Assembly: GCA_951406725.2 (NCBI GenBank)
Contig: OX597818.1
Location: forward strand, 143,964,001 to 144,028,000
Direction: 5' to 3'
Source of the DNA: Octopus vulgaris
Lineage: Eukaryota
Length of the DNA stretch: 64,000 nucleotides
Shown here piece after piece: positions 13,384 to 28,365 of the stretch (position 1 is the first letter of the stretch; every line of letters begins with the position of its first letter). A program made the translations under genes and the position numbers. A model generated the notes under the pieces. The model saw only the letters and a program-made list of their open reading frames with translations, had not been told where the DNA came from and ran no database searches.

Positions 13384-15930
13384 AAAGAGTAACATAACAA
13401 AACAGTGACAAATTTAAATAAAAGACATTAACTTTTGTTTAAGTAATTTTCCTATTCGGTAAGGGTTCAAACTTAAAACTGTTTCTATGGTAATTGACTT
13501 CATCGTTCTGTAATATTATACATGCAATTATTGACTTACCCGTAACTTAAGCGTAACCGTTAAAATAAAAGTGTTAGTGGTTTTAGGAAAATAGTTCAGT
13601 TGACTCTGGAGCTTTTGGTTATTTATTATATTGTTAATAGCGAAGTTTTGTTTTTTTATTATCGTCTTGCTCATAATGGATGAATACGAATTTGTCAAAT
13701 CCCAGAAAGGTAAAGACAAACTATCCTTTAGGGAGCACATCTACTGACACCAATGATCCCGAAACCAGAATCATTACTTCCGATGCGAGGACAAAAGCTG
13801 TAGTGGTTCTGTAGCCCTTCGTGGATTTCCAATTTTTAATGCACATGGTGGCTGTATATCCGAGGGAAAGGTACCTAATCATGCACCGCTGGCAGGGAGA
13901 AAGGCAGTAATACAAGCTCTTGATGAACTGAAAAGTGAGGCTAGAGCCACAAATCCTACACCAGCGGCAGTTATGCAGGAAACTCAACAGAAACTAGATA
14001 TAAACGATGCCGTTGAAATGCCAAATACATCAGTTATGGGGCAACTTATTCATCGCATTCGTAGAAAAAGAATTTTCTGTGGAATCAAATTCTGCGATAA
14101 ATTTGGTAATCCTAGAGAACTTAAAGGTCACACAAACTGGGGAAAGAAACTTGCTTTTGTTTGACACGAAGATAGACAGCGACACTTTGGGTAAACGAAC
14201 TGAAGAGGATGAGGAGGAGCTCCAAGGCAGAATTATAGCTTTCGGTAGGGAAGATAATTTACGAAGATTAGCCGACTCTGATATCTGGTTTTTAGATAGG
14301 ACATTTAAAACTTGTCCACGATGTTTTTTATCAGTTATATAGTATCCATTACAAGTTCGAAGAACAAATTTTACCAACTGTTTATATGTTTCTGACTGGG
14401 AAAACAACACAGATATATTCCTCAATGCTAGAACACTTAATTTCAGTTGCAGAAGCAAAAGGAATTCAGTTAAACCCTACATTCATTGTAGTAGATTTTG
14501 AATTTTGAGTTGTCTAGCATCAAAACTCCCCAAGAAAAAATTTCATGAAGCTAGAATATCGGAATGCTTTTTTCACCTATGTCAAAGTATTTACTAAAAT
14601 ATTCAAAAGAACGACCTTGATGCATACAAAAATAATGAGAGTTTAGCCTTAAGTTTACGACAGCTGGCTTCTCTCGCATTTTTACACCCTTATGAAATCT
14701 ACGATGCATATTTAGATCACTCAAATAACATTCCAAATGAAGTTGAATCAGTTTATAAATATTTTGGCGATACCTATATGCTAGGTAGATCCATAATTTC
14801 ACAAAGTAGAGGAAGACCACGACAAAACCAAGTATGCCATCTCCCACGATTTGATCCAACTGCGTGGAGCATTTATCACTTGAGAGCATACAATCTCCCA
14901 AGAACAAACAATGGTGTAGAAGGCTTGGCACAGGAGATTTGAAACAGTTGTCGAACGATGCCATATGGGAGTATAGTCGATGATGAGTGAGTTCATAAAA
15001 GAAGATCCTCCCGCAGACCAAGAGGTACAGCGTTTCATTTCAGGGATTAATTCGAGGAAAAAGGAGAGAACAAATTCAAAGAGAACATAGGTAGATAGGG
15101 AGCTGTCTCTTTAAATGAATATATCAGAGGAATTGTTCACAATTTACATTTTGGTTCATGCAATAGGCATCATAATGAAAATTAAGCTGATGAATGCTAA
15201 AAATAATGTTTTTTAAGCTATTTTATGTTTACGTATTATTTAATTATTCTTTTATTCTTTTACTTGTTTCAGTCATTTGACTGCAGCCATGCTGGAGCAC
15301 CGCCTTTAATCGAGCAACTCGACCCCGGGACTTATTCTTTTGTAAGCCCAGTACTTATTCTATCGGTCTCTTTTTGCCGAACCGCTAAGTAACGGGGACA
15401 TAAACACACCAGCATCGGTTGTCAAGCAATGCTAGGGGAACAAACACAGACACACAAACACACACACGCATATATATACATATATACGACTGGCTTCTTT
15501 CAGTTTCTGTCTATCAAATCCACTCATAAGGCTTTGGTCGGCCCGAGGCTTAGTAGAAGACACTTGCCCAAGGTGCCACGCAGTGGGACTGAACCCGGAA
15601 CCATGTTGTTGGTAAACAAGCTACTTACCACACAACCACTCCTGCGCCTGTATAGTTTTTTTTTTAATAAATGTATTAAGTATTTTTAGAAGGTATTTTA
15701 AAACCTTTTTTATACATATGTGTGTAAGTTTTTTTATCAGACAGAATACAAACCTTCAGGGCTCTAACTTAGAATTGAAACATAAACATAAAAAGAAAAA
15801 AAAAGGAAAAAATTGCAATAACTTCCTCTTCGCGGGATGTAATAATAACTTAAAACATGTTATACCACTCTTCAGATATGTCACTCTTTTGATTACTATT
15901 TTTGTCACTCTTTTGCTATGTCACTCTTTT
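13384..15930 (+). mobile_element. Decayed Mutator-like (MULE) DNA transposon with residual TIRs
   Basis: Fragments FVKSQKGKDKL, IWFLDRTFKTCP, VVDFE, CFFHLCQ and PRTNNGVEG.WHR lie at 13677-15160. 13384-13412 is the reverse complement of 15901-15929 (26/29 by eye). Confidence 0.75.
15247..15648 (-). mobile_element. Full-length tRNA/CORE-type SINE nested in the MULE remnant
   Basis: Reverse complement of the 55081-55497 SINE along its length. Confidence 0.9.
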
Positions 15931-15941
15931 GAAGGGATCCT

Positions 15942-16004
<63 letters not shown>

Positions 16005-16007
16005 TAT

Positions 16008-16366
16008 ACATGGTTCCAGGTCAATCCCACTGCGCAGCACCTTGGGCAAGTGTTCTCTGTTATAACCTCGGGGCGACCAAAACCTTGTGAGTCGATTTGA
16101 TGGACAGCAATTGAAAGAAGCCCGTCGCGTGTATACATATACGTATGTGTGTGTGTATGTTCTTTGTGTCTGTGTTTGTCTCCCACCAAGGCTTGGCAAC
16201 CGGTGTGTGTTTGTTTACGTCCCCGTAACTCAACAGTTCGGCAAAAGTGACCGATAGAATAAGTGCTAGTCTTAAAATAAATGTTGGAGTTGATTTATTT
16301 GACTAAAACCCTTCAAAGCGGTTTCCCAGCTTGGCCGTCGTCCAATGACTGAAACAAGTAAAAGAA
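16008..16366 (+). mobile_element. 5'-truncated copy of the same SINE family
   Basis: CACCTTGGGCAAGTG core and ACTGAAACAAGTAAAAGA tail. Confidence 0.85.
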
Positions 16367-16507
16367 TATATATCATCCACCCGAACTCACTTACCGTAAT
16401 CGATATAGGCGTCCGATATTCAGGAGAGCTGAGTAATATTTACTCTAGAGAAGCATGTCAATTGGCACTACGGAAATAAAAAAAAAAAAACAAGAGTATC
16501 AGATGTA

Positions 16508-16893
16508 GGCGGACGTAAAGAATGTGGACCGCAAACCTTTCGTTATTATTATTTTTTTTTTTTTTGTTACAGGATCCCCCATTTTCGAGTACGGGGGGTT
16601 CTGATTCTGCAGGAAAAAAACGGCATTTAAAAATTTTAAATTCTCCTCACACAAATTCTTCAATTTTCACTTTTTTCAGAATTTTTTTTCAGAATCAAAA
16701 TCTCCGTATTTTTCTATGTATTTCGCAACAACAAAAAAAAACGAAAAAATTATGAAAAAGTGCAAATTGAAGAATTTGGGGTGGGGAAATTAAAGTTTTA
16801 AAATGCCTTTTTTTTTTTGCAGAATCAGAATCTCCGTACTCGAAAATGGGGGTGGGGGTTCTGTAAAAAAAAATCACATTCTTTACGTCCGCC
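16508..16893. mobile_element. Foldback MITE with ~170-bp TIRs and a 9-bp TSD (MULE-like)
   Basis: Termini GGCGGACGTAAAGAATGTG...CACATTCTTTACGTCCGCC; flanks TCAGATGTA (16499-16507) and TGAGATGTA (16894-16902). Confidence 0.8.
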
Positions 16894-17479
16894 TGAGATG
16901 TATCCATCAATGGGCTATCACATACATCAACATCAGGCAAGATGAGAAGATGGTGTGAGATTTGCTTTCTTGAAACATTAACGGCTTAAGTGAAAGAGTT
17001 GAAACCAGAGATAGAAAATTCACCACGAGTTCGAAACTTTACCACAGTCGCATCATCAACCGGTTAAAAAAACCAACCTCAGATCACATCACACTGTATT
17101 AAAAGAAAACTCAAAATATAATACAGTCCTCAGATACACACAAACCTGGACGGTCATGGCTGGAACATCTTTGATCATAGATCTGCTTGCTCAGAGGTGG
17201 CCTGTGTCAAACAATAATTACAACTTTTACAACGCAAACAAAAATGAGAGCTTCTTTTCGGAAGACCAAACTACGAGATATATCTCTGTTGAGTAACACT
17301 TAAATACACTGTGTCCAAAGAGGTGGATGGTCATGGCTGGAACACCTTTTGATGATAGATGAGCTTTTATGCAAACGAACACACAAACACACACACACAC
17401 ACACCTAAATCATATATTTATTTATATACTGCCTGTCACCTGTATCTGGTTGTATAGTATCTATGTGTGCGTCAATATT

Positions 17480-18133
<654 letters not shown>

Positions 18134-18799
18134 TGTATCTATGTATGCATGTATGTATTAAGATGTCCTCGCCATATGGAAGCTTCACAATAGTAGCCTT
18201 GTTGTGAATGATGAAATTTTACTTGATTATATTCTAATCTCATTTAACACTTGAATTAACATTTTCGAGGTTATAACACAATTCTTGTTCTGTTCGAGTT
18301 CACTAAGAGCATATATTATGCTTAAAGTTTAGAAAAATGATGTATCTACCTACCTTTTAGTACTTTTGGTGAGATATTCAAATATAATGGACCTGAGGAT
18401 AGCAGAAATTCATTATATTAGAAAGCTTAAATGTTCACTGGGTAAAATCCGGAATCCGAAAACATTTATTATACTTCGCGTCTGTAACGAAAATTGACTT
18501 GCCGAGATATTCACAAAGTTAATGCTTATGATCTGTTTCGAAAAGATGTTTAAGCGAGTGTTTCCCAACTTGAGACCATGGCAAGGTTCAGTGAGATCGC
18601 AGAAATATTGGGAAATTAGGGAGGGGGACGTGCTCTATAAAGGGGGCTACACTCTGGTTCTTCCTAATTTTTTCTGTTACTGTAGTTCTTTAAAATTTGC
18701 ACACAAAGCATACATACAATGTGTTTGCTATATCTTAAGTTCTGTCAATTCAGAAAATAAAGATTCATTTCACACTTCAATAGTAATTTATCATTGATG

Positions 18800-19230
18800 A
18801 ATCAAGTATCAAGCTGACCATTAGAATTCTTGTATGAATTAAATATTATATTTCTGCTTTTAAATTTATACAACGGGCGACACTTACTAAGGTTAATTGT
18901 CTGTATAGGTTCATTGAAGTTTGGGACAAAGTTATAAGGTTTGTAAATGGTAAGCAGCTTGGAGAAGAAATCCTGGCTCTCAAATGGGACATATTCAGGT
19001 ATATTTGAGAAGCTAAATTTGCTGGACAAACAGCTACAAATTCAAAACAAACTCTTTGATTTGCAAAGTGACTACTTGTGCTTTCCATAGAAAAACTTAT
19101 TCTATTCAGGATAAATACTGGATGCAAAAAGTTGATGCACATTGCAGCCCTTGCTACTATTGATGAGCTGAAAGAAGTTGATATTTTAGTGCACAATGAT
19201 ATGGAAATTAGATTCAAAGATGTCCTGGGA
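18800..19230 (+). mobile_element. hAT (Charlie/Buster-like) transposase remnant
   Basis: LTKVNCLYRF, IFEKLNLLDKQLQ, IEKLILFRIN and RFKDVL resemble the hAT segment around RWLSxG..L.RF and .DIF..LN.LN..LQ; frameshifted. Confidence 0.55.
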
Positions 19231-19562
19231 CAGATAAATTCATACGCACATGTATATATATTTATATATACATATACGTAAGTCAAAACACAGTTCTACA
19301 CATGGAATAACATCCATGCTTATAAAAGTTTCATAAGCACATCATACTTACAAACATATGTTTACACATATATGGTATAAGTAAATGTATACATTTATAC
19401 ATGCATACATGCGCGCGTAAATGCATATAAGGATGCATACAAGCATACGGGCGTGCGTTCATATATACCACGTTGATGTTTAAATTCCAACGAAAGCAAC
19501 CTGTTTCTTCTTTAGAAACCGGCTCCTTATTCATTTGTTAGAAATTCGAATGTAAAAAAAGT

Positions 19563-20321
19563 ATACATACATACATACATACATACATGCATAAATACAT
19601 ACATACATACATACATACATGCATAAATACATACATACATACATACATACATACATACATAAATACATACATACATACATACATACATACATACATACAT
19701 ACATACATACATACATACATACATACATACATACATACATACATACATACATACATACATACATACATACATACATACATACATACATACATACATACAT
19801 ACATACATACATACATACATACATACATACATACATAAATACATACATACATACATACATACATACATACATACATACATACATACATGCATAAATACAT
19901 ACATACATACATACATACATACATACATACATACATACATACAAATACATACATACATACATACATACATGCATACATACATACATACATACATACATAC
20001 ATACATACATACATACATACATAAATACATACATACATACATACATACATGCATACATGCATGCATACATGCATACATACATACATACATACATACATAC
20101 ATACATACATACATACATACATACATACATACATACATACATACATACATACATACATACATACATACATACAACATACATACATACATACATACATACA
20201 TACATACATGCATACATACATACATACATACATACATACAACATGCATACATACATACATACATACATACATACACACATACATACATACATACATACAT
20301 ACGTGCGTGCGTGCGTGCACG

Positions 20322-20360
<39 letters not shown>

Positions 20361-21244
20361 ACGTGCGTGCGTGCGTGCGTGCGTGCATACATACATACAT
20401 ACATACATGCATACATGCATGCATGCATACATACATACATACATGCATGCATGCATACATACATACATACATACATGCATGCATACATACATACATACAT
20501 GCATGCATACATACATACATACATACATACATACATACATACACACATACACACATACATACATAAATATATACATACATACATACATACATACATACAT
20601 ACATACATACATACATACATACATACACACATACACACATACATACATAAATACATACATACATACATACATACATACATACATACATACATTCATACAT
20701 ACATACATACATACATACATACATACATACATACATGCATGCATGCATACATACATACATACATACATACATACATACATACATACATACATACATACAT
20801 ACATACATACATACATACATACATACATACATACATACATACATACATACATACATACATACATACATACATACATACATACATACATACATACATACAT
20901 ACATACATGCATACATACATACATACATACATACATACATACATTCATACATACATACATACATACATACATACATACATACATACATACATACATACAT
21001 ACATACATACATACATACATACATACATACATACATACATACATACATACATACATACATACATACATACATACATACATACATACATACATACATACAT
21101 ACATACATACATACATACATACATGCATACATACATACATACATACATACATACATACATACATACATACATGCATACATACATACATACATACATACAT
21201 ACATACATACATACATACATACATACATACATACATACATACAT
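19563..21244. repeat. 1.7-kb (ATAC)n array with an internal (GTGC)n block
   Basis: Directly visible; the GTGC block is at ~20302-20386. Confidence 0.98.
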
Positions 21245-22239
21245 AGCCTTTAACAAGGCGTTTCATTGAGTCTGACATGATGTTCTATAGGCTATATTGA
21301 AAGACATTCATAATGCAGCAGAACCTGACTCCACCAATCGAAGTTTACGCCAAAGCAAACAGTAGAGTATTGGTTACAAGATACCATCAGGAAGTGGTTC
21401 GGTTACCACCGTATGAGTGCATCACAACTACATTCTCTCTCTCACTCTCAATTTTTTCGCATCATCAACAATTCTCTGGGAGACCACGTGTGTACAGTCA
21501 ACATTGGGAGATGGAACATCACATATTTGAAACTTGCAGATAATAATGGCAGATCAGCAAAAAGCGAAGTTGCATTGAATGAATTTGTGTACCATCTCGA
21601 TACATCCAACTCAGTTTTGGAATGGGAACAGTGCGATAACACAACAAATACCAACTGTGCCATCTCAACAGACATCTAAGTACAAGGACAGTAACTACAG
21701 AGAGTGCAGTAGTTCAAATACCTAAGGGTAATTACTCATGATAAAGAACCAAAACCTATGAGTGCACTAACCTAACTCAAGCCAATAGGGAGAAGTATAT
21801 ACATCATTATGAACAGTAAAATCAGACTATCGCATACACGGGGACTCTCCATGTACCTGTGCAAATGTGAGACATAGAATCTCACTGCTAGATATACAGA
21901 GACAAAAATAGGCATTAGAAATGTGACGCTACCATAGGCTTTTAGGCACCTCGTACTTAAACCACTTCACAAATGAACAGTGTCCCTTGTAAAGAACTTC
22001 CAATGGTGGAAAAAAAATTGAGATGGTATGAACTCATAACAAGATCCAGTAGCATTGCAAAACCGTTCTTTAAGGAACTGGGAAGTAAAGGAAAGGTGGA
22101 CAGAGGAAAAGATGAACAAACAATGTCAAGGAATGAAAAAACAAATCATTAACAAAGATTTGATCTCAGGGACACAATCTCGACAGATGGAAATATTTCC
22201 TTGTAGTCTTGATTCAGGAAAATTCTATTATTGAGATCA

Positions 22240-22449
22240 AATTCAGGCACAAAGCCAGCAATTTTGAGGGAGAGGAGAAGTCGATTACATCAACCCAGAG
22301 TGTTCAGCTAGTACTTATTTGATCAACCCCGGAAAGGATGAAAGGCAAGGTCAACCCCGGCGGCATTTGAACTCAGAGTATAAAATCGGAAGAAATACCG
22401 CTAAGCATTTTCCCCGGCGCGGTGACGATTCTTACAGCTCGCCGCCTTT
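22240..22449 (-). mobile_element. Diverged SINE related to the 42032-42261 element
   Basis: GAAAGGATGAAAGGCAAGGTCAACC and CAGCTCGCCGCCTT match the reverse complement of the 42 kb SINE. Confidence 0.75.
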
Positions 22450-22567
22450 TACTGACATCTACATAAGGTACAAGGGACAGGCATTTTGAAAGGCGATGAC
22501 TGGATTTATACATACATAGATCATACGTGCATGCATACATGTATTTAAGGTCTTATCTAATAAACCC

Positions 22568-22612
<45 letters not shown>

Positions 22613-22634
22613 AGCATCCATTAATGTTCATATA

Positions 22635-22960
22635 TACTTTACTTTTATACTTTGATGCGTTTCGGCCAGTAATAGCTCAGGCCATGTCTAACTTAATAGC
22701 GCCACCTGGCGAAGTCATTCAAACCAGGAATCGGACAACATGGCCCGCTCGAGTAGAGAGTTATTGTTTACGTTGACATATCTGGATGTAAGAGGTTTAT
22801 CCGGGATTTCTTGAAAGAATTCGTCCAAAGACGTCTTGAATTTTATGGGGTCTGCTTCTACTTTAATGTGTTTTGGCATAATGTTAAAGAGAGTGGGGCC
22901 AATTGAGGTAATATAATTGTGCTGTATTGTTGTTATGAGATGCGAGTATGATTTATGTTG
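22635..22960 (-). mobile_element. 3' end of a CR1/L2-like LINE
   Basis: Minus strand HNYITSIGPTLFNIMP..FK..LD.FL..IPD.P resembles the C-terminus at 10700-10950; tail GGTGGCGC..CATGGCC..GCCGAAAC..AAAGTA. Confidence 0.6.
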
Positions 22961-23209
22961 TGGGCGGATTGCACGGGGCCCAAGTCTTGGGAGTATCTTA
23001 AAGGTGATGCCAACATCATTTGGATGAATTCATTTTTCCTCCGCTCTATCTGCTCACTGGTTCTACAGAAGCCATTTTTCTTCAGTGCAGCTGTGATGTT
23101 GTTTGGAGGATCGTCATTAGCAATCATCCATGCTCGCAACAGAACATTCAATTCTTTGCTCTCCCACTTTGGTGCAACCTTCATTTTCTAAGCCCAGAGG
23201 GGGGGGTAA

Positions 23210-23545
23210 ACAGAGAGGAAGTGAGAGAGGCAGATGGAGGTAGAAAGGAAGAAAAACAGAGGGCGGGGTGAGAAAGAGAGAGGGTGATATGAAGGAAAGA
23301 GAGCGGGTGATATAAAGAAAGAGAAAGGGGGCATGGAGCGATAGCGAGACAGAGGGAGAGATAGGAGAGGAAGAGAAAGAGAAACAGAGTGAAGGAGAGA
23401 GAGGAGAGAATGAAGGATGTGAGAGAAATGGAGAGATGGAGTGAGAAGAAGAGGAGGGAAAATGAGAAATATATGAGGGAGGGGGAGATGAGAGGGGAGA
23501 GGTAGATGTAAAAAGAGAGGCAAAGGAAGGGAGAGAGAAATGGGA
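23210..23545. repeat. Purine-rich (GA) low-complexity tract
   Basis: Almost only A and G on the + strand. Confidence 0.9.
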
Positions 23546-24285
23546 AAACTAAGTATAAATATATACACATACGTATATACATACATGTGTACGTACACCT
23601 TTACGCTCTATGTGAACTTATAAGCGAGTATGTCCTTTGCAATGCTGTCAAGAAAATTTACTAAAATCTTTGCTAAATTTGGCTATACATTTTCCAGTCA
23701 GGTCCATTAGGGAATGTTTCTAATATCTTTCCTTCTACTGAGTGATAAATCCATAAAATATGTGCTATTTTTATATCAAAGACAATCAAACTAAGAACAA
23801 TGGGGAAGCCTATACTTAAAAAATATATAAATAAAAGGGGACTTTCGCTCTAGATATAGGTGCATTGTATTACAATGTCTTTAAAAGAGCTAATCTTTCA
23901 TCAAACGTGTGACTTACGTTAGGCCTTGGAAATCAAGCTTTTCTGCCTTCTCCTATTTTTTACTTTATGTATGCTTCTGCTTGTATATGTGTGTATGCAT
24001 GTATATAAGTGTGCATAGAAGCCTGAGCGTCAGGTATGTACTTATTGTAAAACTTAATGTTTTGGCAATTTTGTTTGTATTATGTGCACGCGTTCATGGG
24101 TGTGTCTGTGTATGTGCGTCTGCATGTGTTAATGTGCAATAGTGCATGCGAATGTGCATGTATTTTTACGTGTGTATCTGTCTATGTGTGAGTGTTTGCA
24201 TGAGTATATGTATGTGTGTATGTGTGTATGTGCGTGTGTGTGTATGCATGTTAATCGCGTGCTTAGTTTTAAAGTTCATTCAGTG

Positions 24286-24411
<126 letters not shown>

Positions 24412-24414
24412 CAT

Positions 24415-24485
<71 letters not shown>

Positions 24486-24629
24486 CATACATACATATGA
24501 AATGACACCCTTTTACATGTGAGCCAAAAGGTCATCATCATCGCTACAATTTATCATCCATTCATCACCACCACAACAACAACCACTACTATAATCAAGA
24601 CGTTATCCAGTGACGAAATATCTGAGTGA

Positions 24630-24840
24630 TCGTGCAACCTGCTGAGAAATAGCAGCCAAATCTCTTTCAACTCACAGCCTACCGTCTTTAAAAAGAAAGG
24701 TTACATTAGACACTGTAGTCATAGAAACACTATGTTTGGCAAAAAAAAAAAGTAAATAAACCAAACTGGTTGGCCATGTCTGTAATGTCTTTGATCATGC
24801 ATCATCTGTATTAGGCTAACCTGAAGTTAAACATCAACAA
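24630..24840 (+). repeat. Representative of an old ~200-bp dispersed repeat (other copies at ~17040, 17300, 26720, 26930, 27570, 54030, 54255, 57460)
   Basis: Recurring motifs CTGCTAGAAATAGCAGCCAAA, GGTCATGGCTGGAA..CTTTGATCATAG and ACCTG..GCTAAACAAC. Confidence 0.65.
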
Positions 24841-24930
24841 AACGATGGAAATTACTATCATAATCATTGTCATCATTATTATCATCACCAAAAACAGAAA
24901 CTTCAGCAGCTGCAGCAGTATTAGCAGCAA

Positions 24931-24962
<32 letters not shown>

Positions 24963-25387
24963 AGGGACAACAACAATATCAACAACAGCACCACCTTCTG
25001 GTATCCATATTTCGAACTCAGACGCAAGCAAAACAATATCTCGTTAGGTGAATCTTTTTATCTTAACGAACTCCTACATTAAAAGATCAACCTCTGAATG
25101 AAGCCAGTCTCTTGCTATAAACCCTACAATTACTTGCACGCCTCTTCAAACAACGAACTTTTCCGCTTTTTTGCTGGGTTATTTTTTTTTCTCGTTTTTC
25201 TTACTTCTCCATCATTTTCTTTCACTCCCACTTCTAACTTTTTTGTTACGCTTTTCTTTTTTCTTTCCAGGTCATTTTGCGCGTTTTCGCTTTTCCTTTC
25301 TTTCTCTTTTCTTTTCTCTTTTTTAACATTCTAAATATCGTCGTTTTCAAATTCACATATGATATTATTACCTCTATTTTTACTTCT

Positions 25388-25424
<37 letters not shown>

Positions 25425-25542
25425 ATAGTATACGCACTTGCATACATTTCTGCGGGTGTATGTTATGCACATATGTCTTTCGACACTAAATTTCATTCAT
25501 TGATAATTATACACATCTATACATACATGCATACATACATAC

Positions 25543-25607
<65 letters not shown>

Positions 25608-25923
25608 CACGACATACATAACAAATCCATGCATAGATACATATAGGTGTCTGTATACAAATATATATGTATATAAGTATTTATGCATATGTGTGTGCGT
25701 TTGTGTGAGTGTACGTATGTATATATGTGTATATATATATGTGTGTGTGTGGGTATAACTAAATAGATGTGTAAATACACACACACACACACACACACAT
25801 GTATGTAAATACACACGCCAATACATCAATCCATCTCTTTAGTTATCTATTTATTTACATCTTTCTCTCCCTCTCTCCCTTTCTCTCTCCCCTCACCTTC
25901 CTCCTCATCCCTCTTTCCATCAC

Positions 25924-25956
<33 letters not shown>

Positions 25957-26081
25957 CTGTTTTTATATCTCTCTATCTATCTATCTATCTATCTATCTTA
26001 TAAGACAGATTAAATGTGAGATAAGCAAACGGGACAAATAGCTAAATTTGTAGACATGAATTTACATTTCTGTGCTTCGCC

Positions 26082-26173
<92 letters not shown>

Positions 26174-27752
26174 GTATATGCGTGCGTGTGCGTATGGGTG
26201 TGTCTCCGTGTGTACGTGTGATTTCCTATATGTATTTATACTGTATTTGTGAATAGCTTTTATCTTCCATTCCCGCCACTCAAAATCAAGAACACCCTAA
26301 AATTAAACCTTTTCCACTTTCTTATATGTACCAGAAATCTGTAAGTAAAATTTATGTTTAAAAAATATAATGAAGAAACTCTAGAAATAAAGAAAAAACG
26401 AAATCGGGTTAATTATTTGATATATTTGGAGATCTTCTCTTATATTTCAGTCGTTTTTTTTTTATTTCGTATAATTTACCGAATTCTTTACATCACACTG
26501 AATTACATTTCAACACAAGAATTCGGTAAATTACAAGATATAAAATGCTCCAAAACAGTTTTATACGAACAGTAGATTAACTTACGATAACTTCTGCTTA
26601 TTATGAAATAGATGTTTTTTGTCAATCATACTTTTCATCGCAAACACATACTCTTTTACTGTGACTGCTATCAGCCATTCTACCTTGGCCCAGCTGGGGC
26701 ACTGTCATCCACATACACTTATGCAGACGAGTGCTAGAAATAACTGCCAAATTGCCCTGAAATCACGTCTTACTATTTTGAAAATTGAAGAACACACTGG
26801 GTATGATGTCCTAGATACACCATGCTTTAATAAAGATGGGATGGTCATGACTGGAACGTAGATAGTAGATCTTTTCTATCAGTGCTGATCTGGCTGAACA
26901 ACGATTTATGCAAAACATTGCTTCTGCGCAGTTACTTGATCTGCTAGAAATAGCTTTCCAATCTCCCTCAAATTTCATTCAACTGTCTAAAAAAAAGTAA
27001 AGATACACTGTTCAATCGCTGATAGACGTAAAGAGGGAATGCTCGATCAGTGAGCGGGCTAACCTGTGGCTAAACACTACACTTGTATACCTGATTTCAT
27101 AATAATACAAATATACTCCAAAACATAGATATTCGTTGACATTGGCAAATGTGCACATTTACAAGCGAGTGTATCATACTACAGATACCTCAGCATACGA
27201 AAGACTAGCGTTTACTTATTAAGATTGGAATAATAATTTTTTATATCTGTACCACTTTTACAAAACCTTCTCCAAATGATTTTTTTTTTTCTTTTTGCAT
27301 GTGTCGGCTACCATAGGCACAAAGCTAAAACATGGGGGTAGGGAGACAATGGTCGATTCTACATCACTTACTTCACTGACATTTATTTTATGGACCCAGA
27401 AACGATGAAAGCGAAGGTTACCTCGGGTGAATTCGATCTCTGAACGTAAAATGTCGTAATTAAGTACAAACCATTTTATTTGTCGCTTTACCGTTTCTAT
27501 CAATCCACCGTTTTTTGTTTGTTTCTTGTTTTTTTGTTTTGTTTTGTTTTGTTTTTGGTGGGGGTGAATTCTTTTTCAGATCACAACATACAGTCTCAAT
27601 GAGTGTGGGTATGCATTAGATGATGTGGACCTAGAATCCATAAAAACACAGGATGGTTACTGCCGGAAAGGATTTTATTAATCTGATGCTAAACAACAAC
27701 AGAACACTTTAAGTTATCAGATTAAACGTGCGTGCAAAAACTTTTCTTATAT

Positions 27753-28030
27753 TGGGTTGGCCAAAAGGACCGCTTAGATTTTGTCTACACTAAACTTCAA
27801 GCACCCTAATAAGTAGCTAACTTCAGTCTATCCCTTGCGCGTGTGCACTCGTTTGTTACTTAACACTTCAACGTAGTTCGACGCGAACTTACAACGAGAC
27901 CCTGAAAATGGAGAACCAAGACGAACATTATTGACACCACATGCTTTATTTAAAAAAAAAGGCAAAAATCGTCGGAAACCTGCAGGAATATATGTGTTGT
28001 ATACGGACAACGCTGTTACGGAACTGAAGG
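27753..28030 (+). mobile_element. Mariner 5' fragment (TIR plus transposase start)
   Basis: TA-TTGGGTTGGCCAAAA terminus; MENQDEHY..HMLY.KKGKN..ICVVYG. Confidence 0.65.
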
Positions 28031-28317
28031 ATGTTTTCAGCTAGATTTTGATTTGAAGTTATCGCTTCCCTAGGTGTATATTCCATGAGACAAAGACATT
28101 TGCGAGTTAGCTCAACTTTTCTCCAGCCCACCATTATTATTATAATCAGTATTATCATTATCTTCGTCAGCCCCCACTCTATTCCCATAGTATTGTCTGA
28201 TAAATGTTAGATCAGAAAAGGATAAATTTTCCTCGTACATATCATTGAATAAATGGGGTACAGCAATATAGGAAGATGATTGCAGAATAAAAGGAATAAA
28301 CTAATTCTCTCCTTCTT

Positions 28318-28365
<48 letters not shown>

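Noticed and set aside
19527-21278. Long ORFs (up to 583 aa) of MYVC/HTYI, and similar YI, CV, TH, poly-L and poly-S ORFs throughout
   Set aside because: Translations of stop-free microsatellites, not genes
21250-22200. Possible decayed coding sequence (perhaps Penelope-like)
   Set aside because: No diagnostic motif could be read with confidence
24827-25082. Poly-Ala/Ser/Gln ORFs
   Set aside because: Degenerate (CAG/CAA)n microsatellite without splice or codon support
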